Shown piece after piece: positions 41,040-55,829 of a stretch of DNA of 64,000 nt (its first letter is position 1; each line of letters begins with the position of its first letter). Under the pieces are notes generated by a model. That model was not told the DNA's origin, ran no database searches, and saw only the letters and a list, made by a program, of their open reading frames with translations. The stretch is from the human T2T-CHM13v2.0 reference genome, Homo sapiens, in assembly GCF_009914755.1 (NCBI RefSeq), contig NC_060938.1; one strand, written 5' to 3'. A program made the position numbers and the translations under genes.

Positions 41040-41580
41040 ATTCCACTTCTATTAGAGATGAAAACTAAGAGCATATGCCCATTCAGAGGATTTTACATGA
41101 ATCTTCATAGCAGCTTTACTTGCAACAGCCAAAACCTGAAAACATTCCAAATGTCCATGGCAGGTGAATTTGTGACTTATAAACTTACTATGGCATACGT
41201 ATATAATGAAATAATACTCCCTAGTAAGAACAGAACAATTGATAGATGTAGCAACATGAATTAATCTCAAAAATAGTGATGCTGAGTGATCAGAAAGTAT
41301 ACATACCATATGATTTCATGTATTTGGAAATAAAAACTCATGGATAGTGACTGGAAGTGGATCAGTGGTTACCTGTGGAAGAGATGGGGGGATAGGCAGG
41401 AAAAAGTGAGTAGAAAAAACACAAGAAAACTTTGGTGGTAAAGGTAATGGATATGTTTGCTATTTTAATATGTTGCTGGTTTTATAGAGCTACAAATGCC
41501 AAGAATTACCAAAATGTACAATTGAAGTATGTGCAGTTTATTGCATGTAAATAAACCTTTTAAAAATTAACCGATACAAG
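41040..41580 (+). mobile_element. Old L1M(C/E) 3' fragment
   Basis: catagcagctttacttgcaacagccaaaacctgaaaac...; 3'UTR-like end. Confidence 0.65.
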
Positions 41581-41873
41581 TTGACTTACATGACCAGAAA
41601 GCTCTTGAAAAACTCTCCTGTTTTCTCCCCTATTTTTATTCTTGCATGCCCTTATAGACTGTGTTAACACATTTCTCATCTTACGGTTCTTTTGTGTCTA
41701 CATTTCTCCAGGTCAATATAACTATCACCATGATTTCTTGGTTTCTCTTTAGTTCATCAGTAATTATGAGTAATGTATTGAAATGTTAATGATATGTTCA
41801 TGCATTCAGAATCCTCTGCTCTCCGATCTACATAATAGTGAATTATGCTGTCAACGATTACACAGTATATTGC

Positions 41874-42171
41874 TTTTTTTTTCTTTTTTGAGACAGAGTC
41901 GCGCTTGGTTACCCAGGCTGGAATGCAATGACACATTCTGGGCTCACTGCAACCTCCACCTCCCGGGTTCAAGTGAGTTTCCTGCCTCAGCCTCCTGAGT
42001 AGCTGGGATTACAGGCATCTGCCATCATCCCCGGCTAATTTTTGTATTTTTATTGGAGACAGGGTTTCACCATGTTGACCAGGCTGGTCTTGAACCTCTG
42101 ACCTCAGGTGATCTGCCTGTCTTGGCCTCCCAAAGTGCTGGGAATATAAGCATGAGCCACCATGCCCAGCC
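41874..42171 (-). mobile_element. AluS
   Basis: Reverse Alu with ctgacctcaggtgatc. Confidence 0.92.
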
Positions 42172-42329
42172 AGAATATTGCTACTTTTGCAAATAGCTAC
42201 AAATGATCCTGATCTGGACACACTGAGTTGATCATAGCTTTGTAAAAGAGGATAGCATTGTAAAACTACAAAATTAGACTAATAATAAATAACATAGAAT
42301 GCTTTCACTATAAGAAATAATACTATCCT

Positions 42330-43925
42330 AAGCAAAAATAAATAAATAAATAAAACTGGAGGAATTATATTTTCTGACTTCATATTATACCACAGAATTA
42401 TAGCAACCAAAAGAGTATGGTACTGGCATAAAAATAGACTCATAGATCAATGGAACAGAATAGAGAACCCAGTAACAAATGTACAAATGTACCTACAGTG
42501 AACTCATTTTTGACAAAGGTGCCAAGAACATACACTGGTGGGAAATGGTATTGAAAAAACTGGATATCCATATGCAGAAGAATGAAAACAGACTAGTATC
42601 TATCACCAAATACAAAAGTAAAATCAAAGTTGTTTAAAGATGTAAAGCCAAGACCTCGAACTATGAAACTAGTACAGAAAAACTTTGGGGAACACCTCCA
42701 GGACATTGGTCTGGGCAAAAATATCTTGAGCAATACCCCACAAGCACAGGCAACCAAAGCAAAAATGGACAAATGGATCACATTAAGTTAAAAAGCTTCT
42801 GCACAGAAAATGATACAATCAACAAAGTTAAGAGACAATCCACAGAATGGGAGAAAATATTTGCAAACTACTCATCTGACAAGGATTAATAATCAGAATA
42901 TATAGAAAACTCAAACAACTCTTTAGGAAACAATCTAATAACCTAGCTAAAAAAAGGGGGGCAAAAGATTTGAATAGGTATTTCTCAAAAGAAGACCTAC
43001 AAATGGCAAACAGGTATAAGAAAAGTGCTCAATATCACCGATCATCAGAGAAATTTAAATCAAAACTACAACAAGATATCATCTCACCACAGTTTATATG
43101 ACTTGTATGCAAAAGACAGGCAATAACAAATGCTAGCAGGGATGCAGAGAAAAGGGAACTCTTGTACACTGCTCCTGGGAATGCAAATTAGTAAAACCAC
43201 TAAGGTGAACAGTTTGGATGTTTCTCAATAAACTAAAAGTGGAGCTACCATATGATCTAGCAATCTTACTGCTGGGTGTATACCAAAAATAAAGGAAATC
43301 AGTATGTCAAATACATATCTGCACTCCCGTATTTGTTGCAGCACTGTTTACAACGCTAAGATTTGGAAGAAACCTTAGTGTCCATCAACAGATGAATGGA
43401 TAAAGAAAATGTGGTACATATACACAACGGACAACTATTCAGCCATAACAAAGAATAAGATCCAGTCATTGTCAGTAACATTGATGGAACATTATGGATC
43501 ATTATGTTAAGTGAAATAAACCAGGCACAGAAAGACAAATGTCACATGTTCTCACTAATTTGTGGAATCTAAAATCAAAACAAACTCATGGACACAGAGA
43601 GTATAAGGATGGTTATCAGAGGCTGGGAAAGGTAGCGGCAGGGGGTGTTGTGGGAAGGTGGGGATGGCTAATGGGTATAAAAATAGAGAGTTAATAAGAC
43701 CTACTATTTGATAGCACAATAGGGTGACTATATTCAATAATAATGTAATTGTACATTTTGAAATAACTAAGACTGTAATTGAATTTTTTATAACTTGAAG
43801 GATAAATGCTTGAGGGGAGGGATACCCTATTCCCCATGATGTGCTTATTTCACATTGCATGCCTGTATCAAAACATCTCATGGACCCCACAGATACATAC
43901 ACATACTATGTACCCACAACATTTT
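42330..43925 (+). mobile_element. L1MA/L1PB 3' portion including 3'UTR
   Basis: ORF2 3' motifs and terminal ...catactatgtacccacaa. Confidence 0.88.
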
Positions 43926-44940
43926 TAAACAATCTAATACAATTTTTTAAATGGCACTTACTTTTTGTTACCTTCAACTATTGTAAAATATATTCTATTA
44001 TTTATGATTAGCCCTGTTGGAAAACAAATTTTAAAAACACTATTTAAAACCAAATAAATGGACTAGGAGTAACTTGCATAAAAATGACAGAAATTGCTGC
44101 TACTTCTTCTAATTATTGAGATGGTATTTCTATATTTGTGAAATTATCTGTGATAGAAAGTTGAATTGTTTCCAACATTATTTTTATAATTAAATGTTAT
44201 ATTGCTATTTCTTTAAAAGTAGCCTTTAAAATATTACCAATCTACTTTAAAGTCTACTTGCCAAAATATTAAACTATCCTTAAAAAAAAGTAATTTATTT
44301 AATTACCTAACTTCCTCAAAGCAATGTCCTAATTTTCTCAAGCAATTATCTGATTTTCTCAAGCAATTGATATTAGCAAGTTGTGCTAGTTAACTGCTGA
44401 GAATCATGGTCTACATATCAGATAAACCATCTGTCAATCCTTTAAAGAAGACTTTATGAGCCTTAGATATGTTAGTCCAATCTGTATCACTGACTTTAAA
44501 CACTGGGTAATTGACACTCCATGTTGCCTGTAAGCCTATTTCACAGCAGCTGAGTGATGTTAATAGGTACTTCTTGGAGTGCCATTTTCCTTGTAACCCT
44601 TAGATTAATTCAGATTGACTGAGTTCTGTGTCAGTGGAAATTGCCAGAATTACATCATTGTGCTTTGCATCTAGTTTCACTTTTCCAAAAGCCTACACAG
44701 ATTTCAGATGTTTAGAAAATAGCTCTTGTTTTCCTTCTGGGTAATCTTTTTCATGTCACCACTCTTGTCAGCATCTGCACTGGGCAAATTTCCTAGGACC
44801 TCCCTTCTGCTTCTTTTAAAATACGAAAACAAAATCAATGTAGCGCAGCAAGCCAGGGAAAGTCTGCTTTGATTGACTTACGACCATAGTCACCCAGCAG
44901 TTCCTTCAGAGGTGGCTTCCCAAGTCAGACACTGAGTCCA

Positions 44941-46740
44941 CGCGCTGTCCGCCTGCCTGCAGAAGTGGCTCTGAGAGCTGTTTGAGGAGAAAATGGGGGA
45001 CTTTGGGCTTCAGCCCGAGGAGAACACGGTGGAGATGGAGGAGCCCCTGGGGGTCCGCAGGTTAACTGAAAACATGAGAGGACACAAGCGCGGGACCAAG
45101 TCTGTCACTAACCTGTAAAGAACTCTGACCAAGCTGACTGGGCACTCTGTCTGCGCGCCTTTCTTTGCCACCACGTGTGCGGGAATGCCTGGGGCACGAC
45201 TGGGCCATCTCAGTGTTCTTGTTTCTAGCCATTCCGAGGTTACCCCTCAGCAAAACGCCAGAGGCCGGCAGACACAGTGGAGCATCCTGCAGTAGGAATC
45301 CGAAGCCGTGGAATCTCCAAAGGGCCACGACTGCTTCCCAGAAGCTCTAGCACGTTGCCCGGAAAGCCCAGGTGGTCTTTGGCAAGACCTCCCGGATTGT
45401 GGTTTTGATTTGCATTTCTCTGATGACCAGTGATGATGAACATTTTTTCATGTGTCTGTTGGCTGCATAAATGTCTTCTTTTGATAAGCGTCTGTTCATA
45501 TCCTTCGCCCACTTTTTGATGTGATTGTTTGATTTTTTCTTGTACATTTGTTTAAGTTCTTTGTAGATTCTGGATATTAGCCCTTTGTCAGATGGGTAGA
45601 TTGCAAAAATTTTCTCCCATTCTGTAAGTTGCCTGTTCACTCTAATGGTAGTTTTTTTTTTTTTTTTTTTTGCTGTGCAGAAGCTCTTTAGTTTAATTAG
45701 ATCCCATTTGTCAATTTTGGCTTTTGTTGCCATTGCTTTTGGTGTTTTAGACATGAAGTCCTTGCCCATGCCTATGTCCTGAGTGGTATTGCCTAGGTTT
45801 TCTTCTAGGGTTTTTATGGTTTTAGGTCTAACATTTAAGTCTTTAATCCATCTTGAAAAGTTAATAATAATAATAATGAAATATGGAAGAAATAAAAAAA
45901 AAAAAGACCTCCCGGAGACCAGGAACTTGGTCGGTGCTTGCGGCCTGAGATCGAGCTCTGGGGCACCTTCCCGTCCTTCTGCTTTTTCCTTGGCCGCCTT
46001 AGGGGGCGCGCCTCGCCATGGGTCTCCCTGCAGGCGGCGCGGTGGTACTCCTGGATGTCACCTCCAGGCGCTTTTGAAACTGCGACCGGCACCGGGCGCC
46101 CAGCACCTGCGGATTGGCCTCCCCACGCCCGGCTCAAGGACCTCCAGCACTCCGCAGTGCGGGCTGCAGGCCACCTCAACGTGGAGCTGCTGCCAGCGCC
46201 ACAGGCCCCAGGGACGCCCAGGATCTGCTTCCCAGGCCCAAGAAGGGCTGTTTTGGAAAGTCTTTGGCGTGATGGAAGGCGGCGCCCATCCAGGGCGGGG
46301 CTAAGAACTAGGCTGGCGCCGCTGCCTGGTAAGCGGGGACCAAGAGGCCCACGGCCTCCATCAAGAACCAGGTGCTTCTCCAAATCCCGGACTTCAAGGA
46401 GCAGCAACGGCGTCAAGCTGGCTGACACCAGGAACACCCAGAAGTCCCCGCTCCTGTCTGTCCTTCCGCACTCAGGAGCGGGGATGGCCACAGGGACACC
46501 ATCCGCCCACAAACCGCTGGCCTTTGCTGCCATGGTGCGCGGAGATGCGGTCCCCGAGGCCACTTTCAGCCAGGACGCCGGGATCTTATCAGCGGCAGCA
46601 TCCCGCCCTGACACTCAGTATTGACTTTCCCCAGACATTGCTGGATTTTTTTCCTTTTTAAAACAATTTTGCAGTGGGAGAACAAAAAAGGGCATCCTCA
46701 GAGCTTTTACAAAATTCTCCTGGACCTGTGGTTCTATGGT
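44941..46740 (+). pseudogene. GRAMD4P: GRAMD4 processed pseudogene (5'-truncated, frameshifted, interrupted by L1)
   Basis: Translations LQKWL*ELFEEKMGDFGLQPEENTVEMEEPLGVRRLTENMRGHKRG, HDWAISVFLFLAIPRLPL and VKLADTRNTQKSPLLSVLPHSGAGMATGTPSAHKPLAFAAMVRGD...ILSAAAS match GRAMD4 (FQPEENTVETEEPLSARRLTENMRRLKRG; HGWAIPLFLFLAILRLSL; LSVLPGSGMGIAVSTPSTQKPLVFGAMVHRD) with no introns. Confidence 0.93.
45397..45902 (-). mobile_element. L1PA insertion: inverted ORF2 segment plus sense A-rich tail, 13-bp TSD
   Basis: Minus peptide [31 protein letters not shown]; AAGACCTCCCGGA at 45384-45396 and 45903-45915. Confidence 0.93.
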
Positions 46741-47049
46741 GTTCACCTCTGCGTTTTACTGACCACTAATTGGCCAGAGCTCCTAAGGCCTATAGGGGTC
46801 CCCCTGCCCCACCGGGTGCTTTAGACACTCCTGAGGGACATTCATGGCTCAGGAGGATAAAGGTCCTCAGGGGCCTGCTGTGAGGAGGACATGCAGCCCC
46901 TCTGCCGCCGCATCTTCCGCCATTCCAGCCTGGAAGGAGAGACCTTGCCCTCCACCCCACAGGCCTTCATGACCTTGGGACCCACTCTTTAGAGGCCACG
47001 TGCGTTTCCACTGCCAAAGCAATGACACAGGAGATGGAAAGAAATTCTT

Positions 47050-47345
<296 letters not shown>

Positions 47346-47414
47346 TCACTATATGTCCAAGTAATTTCTCGATTAGAGCCCAGAGTCGTGGGGCCCACAC
47401 CGCCAGCTGACACA

Positions 47415-47992
47415 TGAAAGTGTGGCAACGATGTGGTGGTGTCTGTGTGGCAGTGTGTCCGCATTTCTGTGTGGTGGTGTATCTGTGTGGCAGAGTGTCT
47501 GGTGCTATGTCCATGTGGTGGTGTATCTGCATGGTGATGTCTCCGTGTGACAGTGTTTTGTGTATCTGTGTGACAGTGTCTGTGTGTCCTTGTGTCCACA
47601 TGGCAGTGTGTGTGGTGGTGTGATGGTGTGGAGGTGTGTCCATGTGACAGTGTGGCAGTGTGTGTGCCAGTGTCCATATGGCAGTGTGTCGGTGTGTTCA
47701 TGTGTGTGATGGTGTGTCCATGTGACAGTGTGGTGATGTCTCGTGTCCCTGTGGTAGTGTGACAGTGTGTCCATGTGGTGATGTCTCCGTGTGTCTGTGT
47801 CCCTGTGATAGTGTGGTGGTGTGTCCATGTGATTTCTCCATATGTCTGTGTGTCCGTCCATGTGACTATGCCAGTGTGTCCGTGTGACTGTGTGACGGTG
47901 TCTCCATGTGGTAATGTCTCCGTGTGTCTGTACATGTGAGTCTGGTCATGTGTCCACGTGGCGGTGTGTCCGTGTAACAATGTGGCGGTGTT
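47415..47992. repeat. Degenerate TG-rich simple repeat (gtgtgtccatgtgacagtgtgg-like units)
   Basis: Visible low complexity; produces spurious His/Thr-rich ORFs. Confidence 0.9.
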
Positions 47993-48860
47993 CCCTCTCC
48001 GGCTTGCGGAGCTAGCATCTTTCTCTCTCAGCCCAGGACGCCTGAAGAGGCCCCAGCTTGAACATAAAGTATTGATATTTTACACATTTGCACATAATTA
48101 GAATTTTGAAGCCGTAATTTCAGATAAGGTGTCTAGGACATAACAATATTGATGTAAGAAAGCCATAAGCAATGTTTATTTTCAATCAGATTTACTAAAA
48201 AATTTTATTGAACTGGTCAATTTTCTTTGCCAATATTACTGTATTCTTATTTCTAGTAATAGAAGTGTGAAAAAGCATCAAGGAAACTTAAATTGCATTC
48301 TCATACTGACTGCATACAATAATTCTGAAAACAGTGGAAGTTATATATATCCCTCATAAGTAAAACATGAGTAACACAACAAATGAAAAACGAATAGGAG
48401 ACAATTCAAATAATGGCGACCTGTTATTCTCATCTAGTTAAGTACTATTATTTTCTAACAGGAATTTGCTATTTCAAATATATTATCTGAGATGTCTATA
48501 TATTTATATTTTGAGATACTATACAAATTTGAGCCAATGACATAGAATTTTACAAATCAAGAAGCTTATTCTGGGGCCATTTCTTTTGACGTTTTCTCTA
48601 AACTACTAAAGAGGCATTAATGATCCATAAATTATATTATCTACATTTACAGCATTTAAAATGTGTTCAGCATGAAATATTAGCTACAGGGGAAGCTAAA
48701 TAAATTAAACATGGAATAAAGATTTGTCCTTAAATATAATCTACAAGAAGACTTTGATATTTGTTTTTCACAAGTGAAGCATTCTTATAAAGTGTCATAA
48801 CCTTTTTGGGGAAACTATGGGAAAAAATGGGGAAACTCTGAAGGGTTTTAAGTATCTTAC

Positions 48861-48960
48861 CTGAAGCTACAGACTCCATAACCTCTCTTTACAGGGAGCT
48901 CCTGCAGCCCCTACAGAAATGAGTGGCTGAGATTCTTGATTGCACAGCAGAGCTTCTCAT
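48861..48960 (-). other. Candidate non-coding exon of the ANKRD18/20A-derived segment
   Basis: gtttag|ATGAGAAG...GCTTCAG|gtaagat; 100 bp, same strand as the ANKRD exon. Splice-site evidence only. Confidence 0.4.
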
Positions 48961-49456
48961 CTAAACCCTTTCCCTTTTTAGTGTCTGTGTATCAGTATAA
49001 AAGTTCTATAAACTGTAGTTACTTATTTTAATCCCAAAGCACAGTAACAATATACTTCATCCTAGGGTTGGCAGTTTCTCTGAGTGTTTTGTTTAATTAT
49101 CATTATTATATCTGCAGGATTCCAAAGCGCCTAAAAAGTAAAATATTTTAAAAAGGGGAAAGAGAGAAAGAGGAAGAAAATAAAATTAATAGCCCATTCT
49201 GTCACTGTTATTACACACCAGAATACATTTTGTTAATCTAATTAAAATTAGTGACATCATTTAACATTTATGTCTTCAACAAAAGTTTGGAATCCTGAAA
49301 AAGCCATTTAATTTGCTAATAAATATATTTGAATTGAATTGAAATCCTTATGTATTACTTTAAATAAAGAACACAAGATGAATTATGATGTAGAAAATTC
49401 TATCCCTCATTGTCCAAAATCTAATACTTAAATTGAACTTGTTAAATAATATTTTT

Positions 49457-49799
49457 GTCCAGGCGTGAGGCTTACACCTGGAATCCCAATAGTTTGGGAG
49501 GCAAAGGCAGGTGGATTGCTTGAGCTGAGGAGTTGCAGACCAGGCTCGGCAACATGGTGAAACCCAATCTTTACCAAAAAAAAAAAAAAAAATTAGCCAG
49601 GCATAGTGGCTTGCCTGTAGTCCCAGCTACTCAGGAGGATGAGATGGGAGGATCACCTGAGCCTGGGGAAGCTGGGGCTGCAGTAAGCCATGATTGTGCC
49701 ACTGTACTCCAGCTTGGGCAACAGACTGAGACCCCGTCTCGAAAGAAGAAAGAAAGAAAGAAAAGAAAGAAAAAGAAAGAAAGAAAGAGAAAGAAAAAG

Positions 49800-49857
<58 letters not shown>

Positions 49858-49915
49858 GCAGGCGAGAGAGCGAGGAAGGAAGGAAGCAAAGAAGGAAAGA
49901 AGGAAGGGAGGAAGA
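49457..49915 (+). mobile_element. AluJ with expanded (GAAA)n/(GAAG)n microsatellite tail
   Basis: Alu body 49457-49740 followed by a purine tetranucleotide tract. Confidence 0.92.
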
Positions 49916-51727
49916 AAAATAATGGTTTTGGTGCCAATAATCTTTGTGGAATTTTGCTTTAATGAAATAGATTTAACTAAGTAGTGACATGATCTACTTA
50001 AGTTTATTGACCCTAGCAATCAGAGGCATCTGAATCCCCACAATGACTTGACACTTACATTTGACAAACATTGATTCTCCTATCATACCTATGGCATAGT
50101 CGGAATTTCAGAATTCCAACTTTCCCTATGCTATTTGAGCACATTGCTTAACATCTCTAAGACTCGATATTTTTACTCTTAAGATACTACAAATAATAGT
50201 ACATAGTTTATATGATATAATGTGTATCAAAAAGCATTATACTTTCAGGCAGACAGCAATTTCTCAATAAATATTTGCTAATGTTTTAGTACAAACAGGA
50301 GAATTGGATTATGATATTTATGACACTGTTGATCCTCCTTCTAGAAACATTTGTTTCTAAAACTTGTTTTCAAGTTAGAGCACTATTTTGTGTTCAAATT
50401 GAAAATACTATATGTTCAGATTTTTTAAAAAACAGTATTGCATTAATGTTTTAATAAAACATTCCTAAATGAGCTTGAGCAAGGAGGATGGGGAGATAAG
50501 TAAAATAAGGCTTTGTGGCATAGGAGACATTTGGTGGAAATCTTTCAGCTCAACTAAGATTTGAAAAAAAAAAAGAGAATTTTTATAAAAAATGTAAAGG
50601 CAGGATTTATCCTGATGAGCTTGTGGAGAAAATACAAAGTCTAACGTAATTCAAAAGAGACTAATCAGTCAAAGTAGTTCTGAAGGAAATATCTTGAAGA
50701 GAGAGAACATAAAATGAAGATCAGGTATGTAATTATTTTAATAATCTATCCATGAGATAAAAAGCATTGGGTTTTTTTTTTATTTGTCAAAAAGGGACAA
50801 TAGTTTTAAGAACCATTCTTTGTTCAGCTTAAAGAGGATTTTACATTTTGAGCCAGTGACATATTGTGCTAAGTAGGATAATATCCTAATTTCTGTCTAT
50901 ATCAACAATTTTGTTCTCAATAAAAACACTTTATTCACACAACTGATGATCATCTGCATTTGATTTAGTGCTGAACTGTCAAAGGGGGGCTAATAAAAAC
51001 AAAATATTAGAGTTGCAAGTGGCATAAGTGGAAAATAATGATCATACTCATCACTACTGAAATAATAAAACAAAGCAAAAAATAAATAAGAAAAAAATTG
51101 ACTACATGAACATTTGCTTCTCTCCTAAGAATCAAAACCCTTCGTTTTCTGTGGCAAAAAAAGCATCTGTGTCCATGAACCCACGCAAAAGTCTACTGTT
51201 TCTGGGAGATAAGAAGCAGCAAAACACATCAGCTTTCCGAGAAGGTTAAGAAACCTCTCATACCCTACCCTATCCCACCTGAGACCAGGCAAAGGATCAC
51301 TGCTTCTGGGGGAGGGATGCAAGAAAAATACTTCTCCATCAGGAGAGGAACAAGGATTGTTTTGGGGCCCAGGATTTTGCACTAATGCAGAGTTGTGCTA
51401 CTGTGGTAAAGGGTTGGAAAATCTCCATCCAGTGACACAGACAAAGGTGCATTGTTCCTATGGAAGAAGAAATAAAATAGTATGTCCTTAGTGTGGGGTT
51501 GAAAACTTGCAATGATATAAATCAAAGGTTTTCTACCACTGAGGTGGGAGGAGGTCAAGGTATCATTTCTTCCTCAAAAAACAACACAGATAAGAGACAG
51601 TTTGATTCCCACTAGAATAAGAGTCAGGAAGTGCTAAAAATACCTCTTCTCTGAGTGTCCAATGATGAAACTGGCTCAAAAATAACATGAATCATCCCTC
51701 TGCCCCCAACCTGAATTTTCTGCCTAG

Positions 51728-51728
<1 letters not shown>

Positions 51729-51770
<42 letters not shown>
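51729..51770. repeat. (CA)21 microsatellite
   Basis: Perfect dinucleotide run. Confidence 0.98.
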
Positions 51771-51776
<6 letters not shown>

Positions 51777-52079
51777 TGTTCTACAGTTAGAGAGGAACAA
51801 GAAAGTGGAGAGAGACCCTCCTATGACATATGTGGTAAGGACTACGGAAAGATAACTGGAACAGGAGCACTGGAATATGCCCTCCAGAGCCTAAGGCCCC
51901 ACACAAGGCACATGATATAGCAGCCTGCTGCTGGAGAAATCTGAGTTACGTGGTTCACTGAATGTTTCAGACACCGTGGCAAAAACCAACCTTTGTTCCT
52001 GCCCACACTAATAGCATGACACAAACCAAAATGAAACATAAATATAAAACAATCTCAACATAAACAATTATCTCATGAT

Positions 52080-53350
52080 CTACTGATTTTCTACATCTGA
52101 TGATTTGCACTTTTTAGAAATTGGGAGACACATAAAACCAAGTTAGAAATTTGGGTTATGAGTTATAATATTTTCAAAAGATAAAAAGTCAACAGAATCA
52201 AATTCAGAGATAATTCAGATGTTGGAACTAAACGCAACTAATTTAAAATAATAATGATCAAAATGTTAAAGAATCTACTTAAAAAAAGACAACATGTATG
52301 GAAAAATGAGGAATTTCAGCAGAGATGGGAACAGTAAAAGGCAAAAGCTAGAAATAAGTGAAAGCATGAGAACAGAAATGAAGAATTACAACAGCAAGCT
52401 GATTAGCAGACTGGTCATCAGAGCTAAAGAAAGAAGCAGTAAATTTTATGCTAGGTCAATACAAATTATTTGAATGGTAGCACAAAGGGAGGAAAGAGAA
52501 AAACAAAATAAACCAATGAGCCAAGCAAATAAAATACTCCAGTGAATCCAAGAATTCTCTGGTAACATGAAATTAAGTAAAATACAATTAATTGGAATTC
52601 CAGGAGAGTAAAAACAGAATGTAAGGGAAGGAAAATTTGAAAAAGATGACTAAGGAGACCAAATAAACTCAAAAAGATCCAAGAAAGATAAATACAAAAT
52701 TTAAAGAATGCTAGAATAATCACACTAGCCAAACTGCTGAAAACCAACGATTAGCAAAAATCTTGAATTCAGTCACAGAAAAATAGGAACACTGTGTAGA
52801 GAGATAAACAGAAATAGACATTACAGTGAACTGCGTGTCAGCAACTCTACAAGTCAGAAACCAATGATACAAAATTTTTAAATAACTTAAAAAAAGTCAA
52901 CCCCCAATCTTACATCCATTAACTATATAGTGAAAATAACAATGAAATGAAGACATTTTCAGATTAACACTGCAAGAGTCCCTTGCTAACAGGTCTGCAC
53001 TAAAATAAATGTCAAAATCATTTCTTGAGGCAAAAGGAATATGGAAGCAGATGAAAGTTGAAACTACACAAAGAAATAAAGAGTGCCAGAGAAGATATAA
53101 AGATATATAGCCCAATTATTTTACATTGCTCTAAAGATAATTGTCTTATTTTTTTAAAAAAAGAGTAACTTTATATTATGGAATTCATCATATTTGAGAC
53201 TATAATGCATGATATAAATAGTATAAAGGAGAGAGGAAACAAAAATATACATTTTAAGGTTCTTATACCATAGTTGGTATAATACAAATTATAGGTTACT
53301 ATAATAAGCTAGAATAGGTATTTAGGTATTGAAATCTCTAGAGAAACCAT
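52080..53350 (+). mobile_element. Old L1M ORF1-region fragment
   Basis: A-rich degenerate ORF1 motifs (taattggaattccaggag..., aaactgctgaaaaccaa..., aaatgaagacattttcaga). Confidence 0.65.
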
Positions 53351-53352
53351 GA

Positions 53353-53737
<385 letters not shown>

Positions 53738-53892
53738 CAGCTTTTATTTTTTAAGGTAGTTGTTGTGTTATTACATGTGAAGTAAGGTTAATCTTGAATA
53801 TCCACGTTTTGAGAATAATGACAAATTAATTTATCTCAACCTAAATAACATTTTATTATTGAATATTTAAATATTTTTATTATTTTTACTTT

Positions 53893-54355
53893 GTAACAGA
53901 AGTCATTCTAACTGGTGTGAGATGGTATCTAATTGATGTTTTGCTTTGCATTCTCTAATGATTAGTGATGGTATGCATGTGTTAATATGTTTGTTGGTCA
54001 CGTATGTGTTCTTTTGAAAACTGTCTGTTCATGTTCTTTGCCCATTTTTTAATGGGGTTATTTTTTGCTTCTTGATTTGTCTAAGTCTCTTATAGATTCT
54101 GGATAATAGGCCTTTGCTGTATGCATAGTGTGTGAATATTTTCTTCCACTCTGTAGGCTGTCTGTTCAATCCCCCTTGAGAGTTTCTCATGCTGTGCAGA
54201 AGCAGCTCTTTAGTTTAATTAAATCACACTTGTCAATTTTCATTTTTCTGGCAATTGCTTTTGAGGACTTACCCATAAATTCATTGCCAAGTGCAAAGTC
54301 CAGACGAATATTTCCTAGGTTTTCTTCCAGGATTTTTATAGTCAGAGGATGTAAT
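53893..54355 (-). mobile_element. L1P ORF2 fragment
   Basis: cattctaactggtgtgagatggtatct...gctgtgcagaagc...tttcctaggttttcttc. Confidence 0.85.
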
Positions 54356-54612
54356 CTTATGCCAACGGGTCTTAATAATCAAATGACTCCACAGTGAGAA
54401 TCATTACTCTGAAAAATTGATTTTGTTAGAATGATGGAAATTTAAATATTTGAAAGTAAAAACACATGCCACCTTTTTCCTAGAACTCTGCAAGGCAAAT
54501 TGCTGTAAGACAGGCAGAGGAAGCACAATATATATATATATCCAAAATATAATTTGCAGTGAAATAAATGAAAGCAAATTATAAATAAACTTACCTGATT
54601 TTACAAACTAAC

Positions 54613-54896
<284 letters not shown>

Positions 54897-55339
54897 CTAC
54901 ATTAATAAAATAATATAGCTTGATAATGAAGTAGGCTGAGAATAATCTCATACAAAACCAATAACAAATTTTGAAATACATTTACTTGCAATAAAATGTT
55001 ATCTATAATGTAGATTCTTTAAATGTTAACCCGTACTCAGAAATGCAAGAACAAAGTAAAAGCCACCATGAGTCACAAACATATATTCTTTACTCTCATC
55101 ATCTTTGCCACAGAACTTTTGCACTTGATCTTACTTTTGTTTTTCTGATAATTTGTGTTTTTTCCTTTCTTAAATGGCTCTAAGTTAACTCTTATTAGAA
55201 AGTTTCAAACCCCCTTCTCTCATCATCATGCCCCAAAATTTGTCAAAAAAAAGTTTCAGAGATATTATATTGAGTTATTTAGGCCAAAGGCAATAAATGG
55301 CTCTTACAATAAGACTTTGAAAATAATGTAATACTCTAC

Positions 55340-55650
55340 AATAGGCATGGTGTATCATGCATATAATCCTAGCACTTTAGGAGGCTGTGGCAGAAAGATC
55401 CCTTGAGGTCAAACATTTGAGATCAGCCAGAGCAACATAGTGATACCATAATCTCGACAAAAAAAAAAAAAAAAAAAAAAAAAAAACGTGAAAAAATTAG
55501 CCACGCATGATGCCTTATGCTTGTAGATCCAACTGGTTGGGAGATTAAGGCAAAAGGATGGCTTGGACTCAAGAGTTCAGGGCTGTGGTGAATTATGATC
55601 AAACCACGGCACTTCTGCCTCGATGACAAAGACCATATCTCAAAAAAACA
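55340..55650 (+). mobile_element. Diverged AluJ with long central poly(A)
   Basis: taatcctagcactttaggaggctg...; right arm to catatctcaaaaaa. Confidence 0.8.
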
Positions 55651-55829
55651 CAAAATAATCCTATAAATAAGGATTCTAATGCCACAAGCCTTTCCATAGG
55701 CTGTAAATGTTTTATGCTAATTTGAATTGCATTTTAAAAAGTAATGATTCTTGGGGTAAAGGCCATAGAATACAGTCCCAAGAAATAAATCCACATATTT
55801 ACCTTACAAGAAATAAATCCACATTCTTG

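Noticed and set aside
49533-50019. Lys/Glu/Arg-rich and Phe/Ser/Leu-rich ORFs
   Set aside because: Alu plus (GAAA)n microsatellite.
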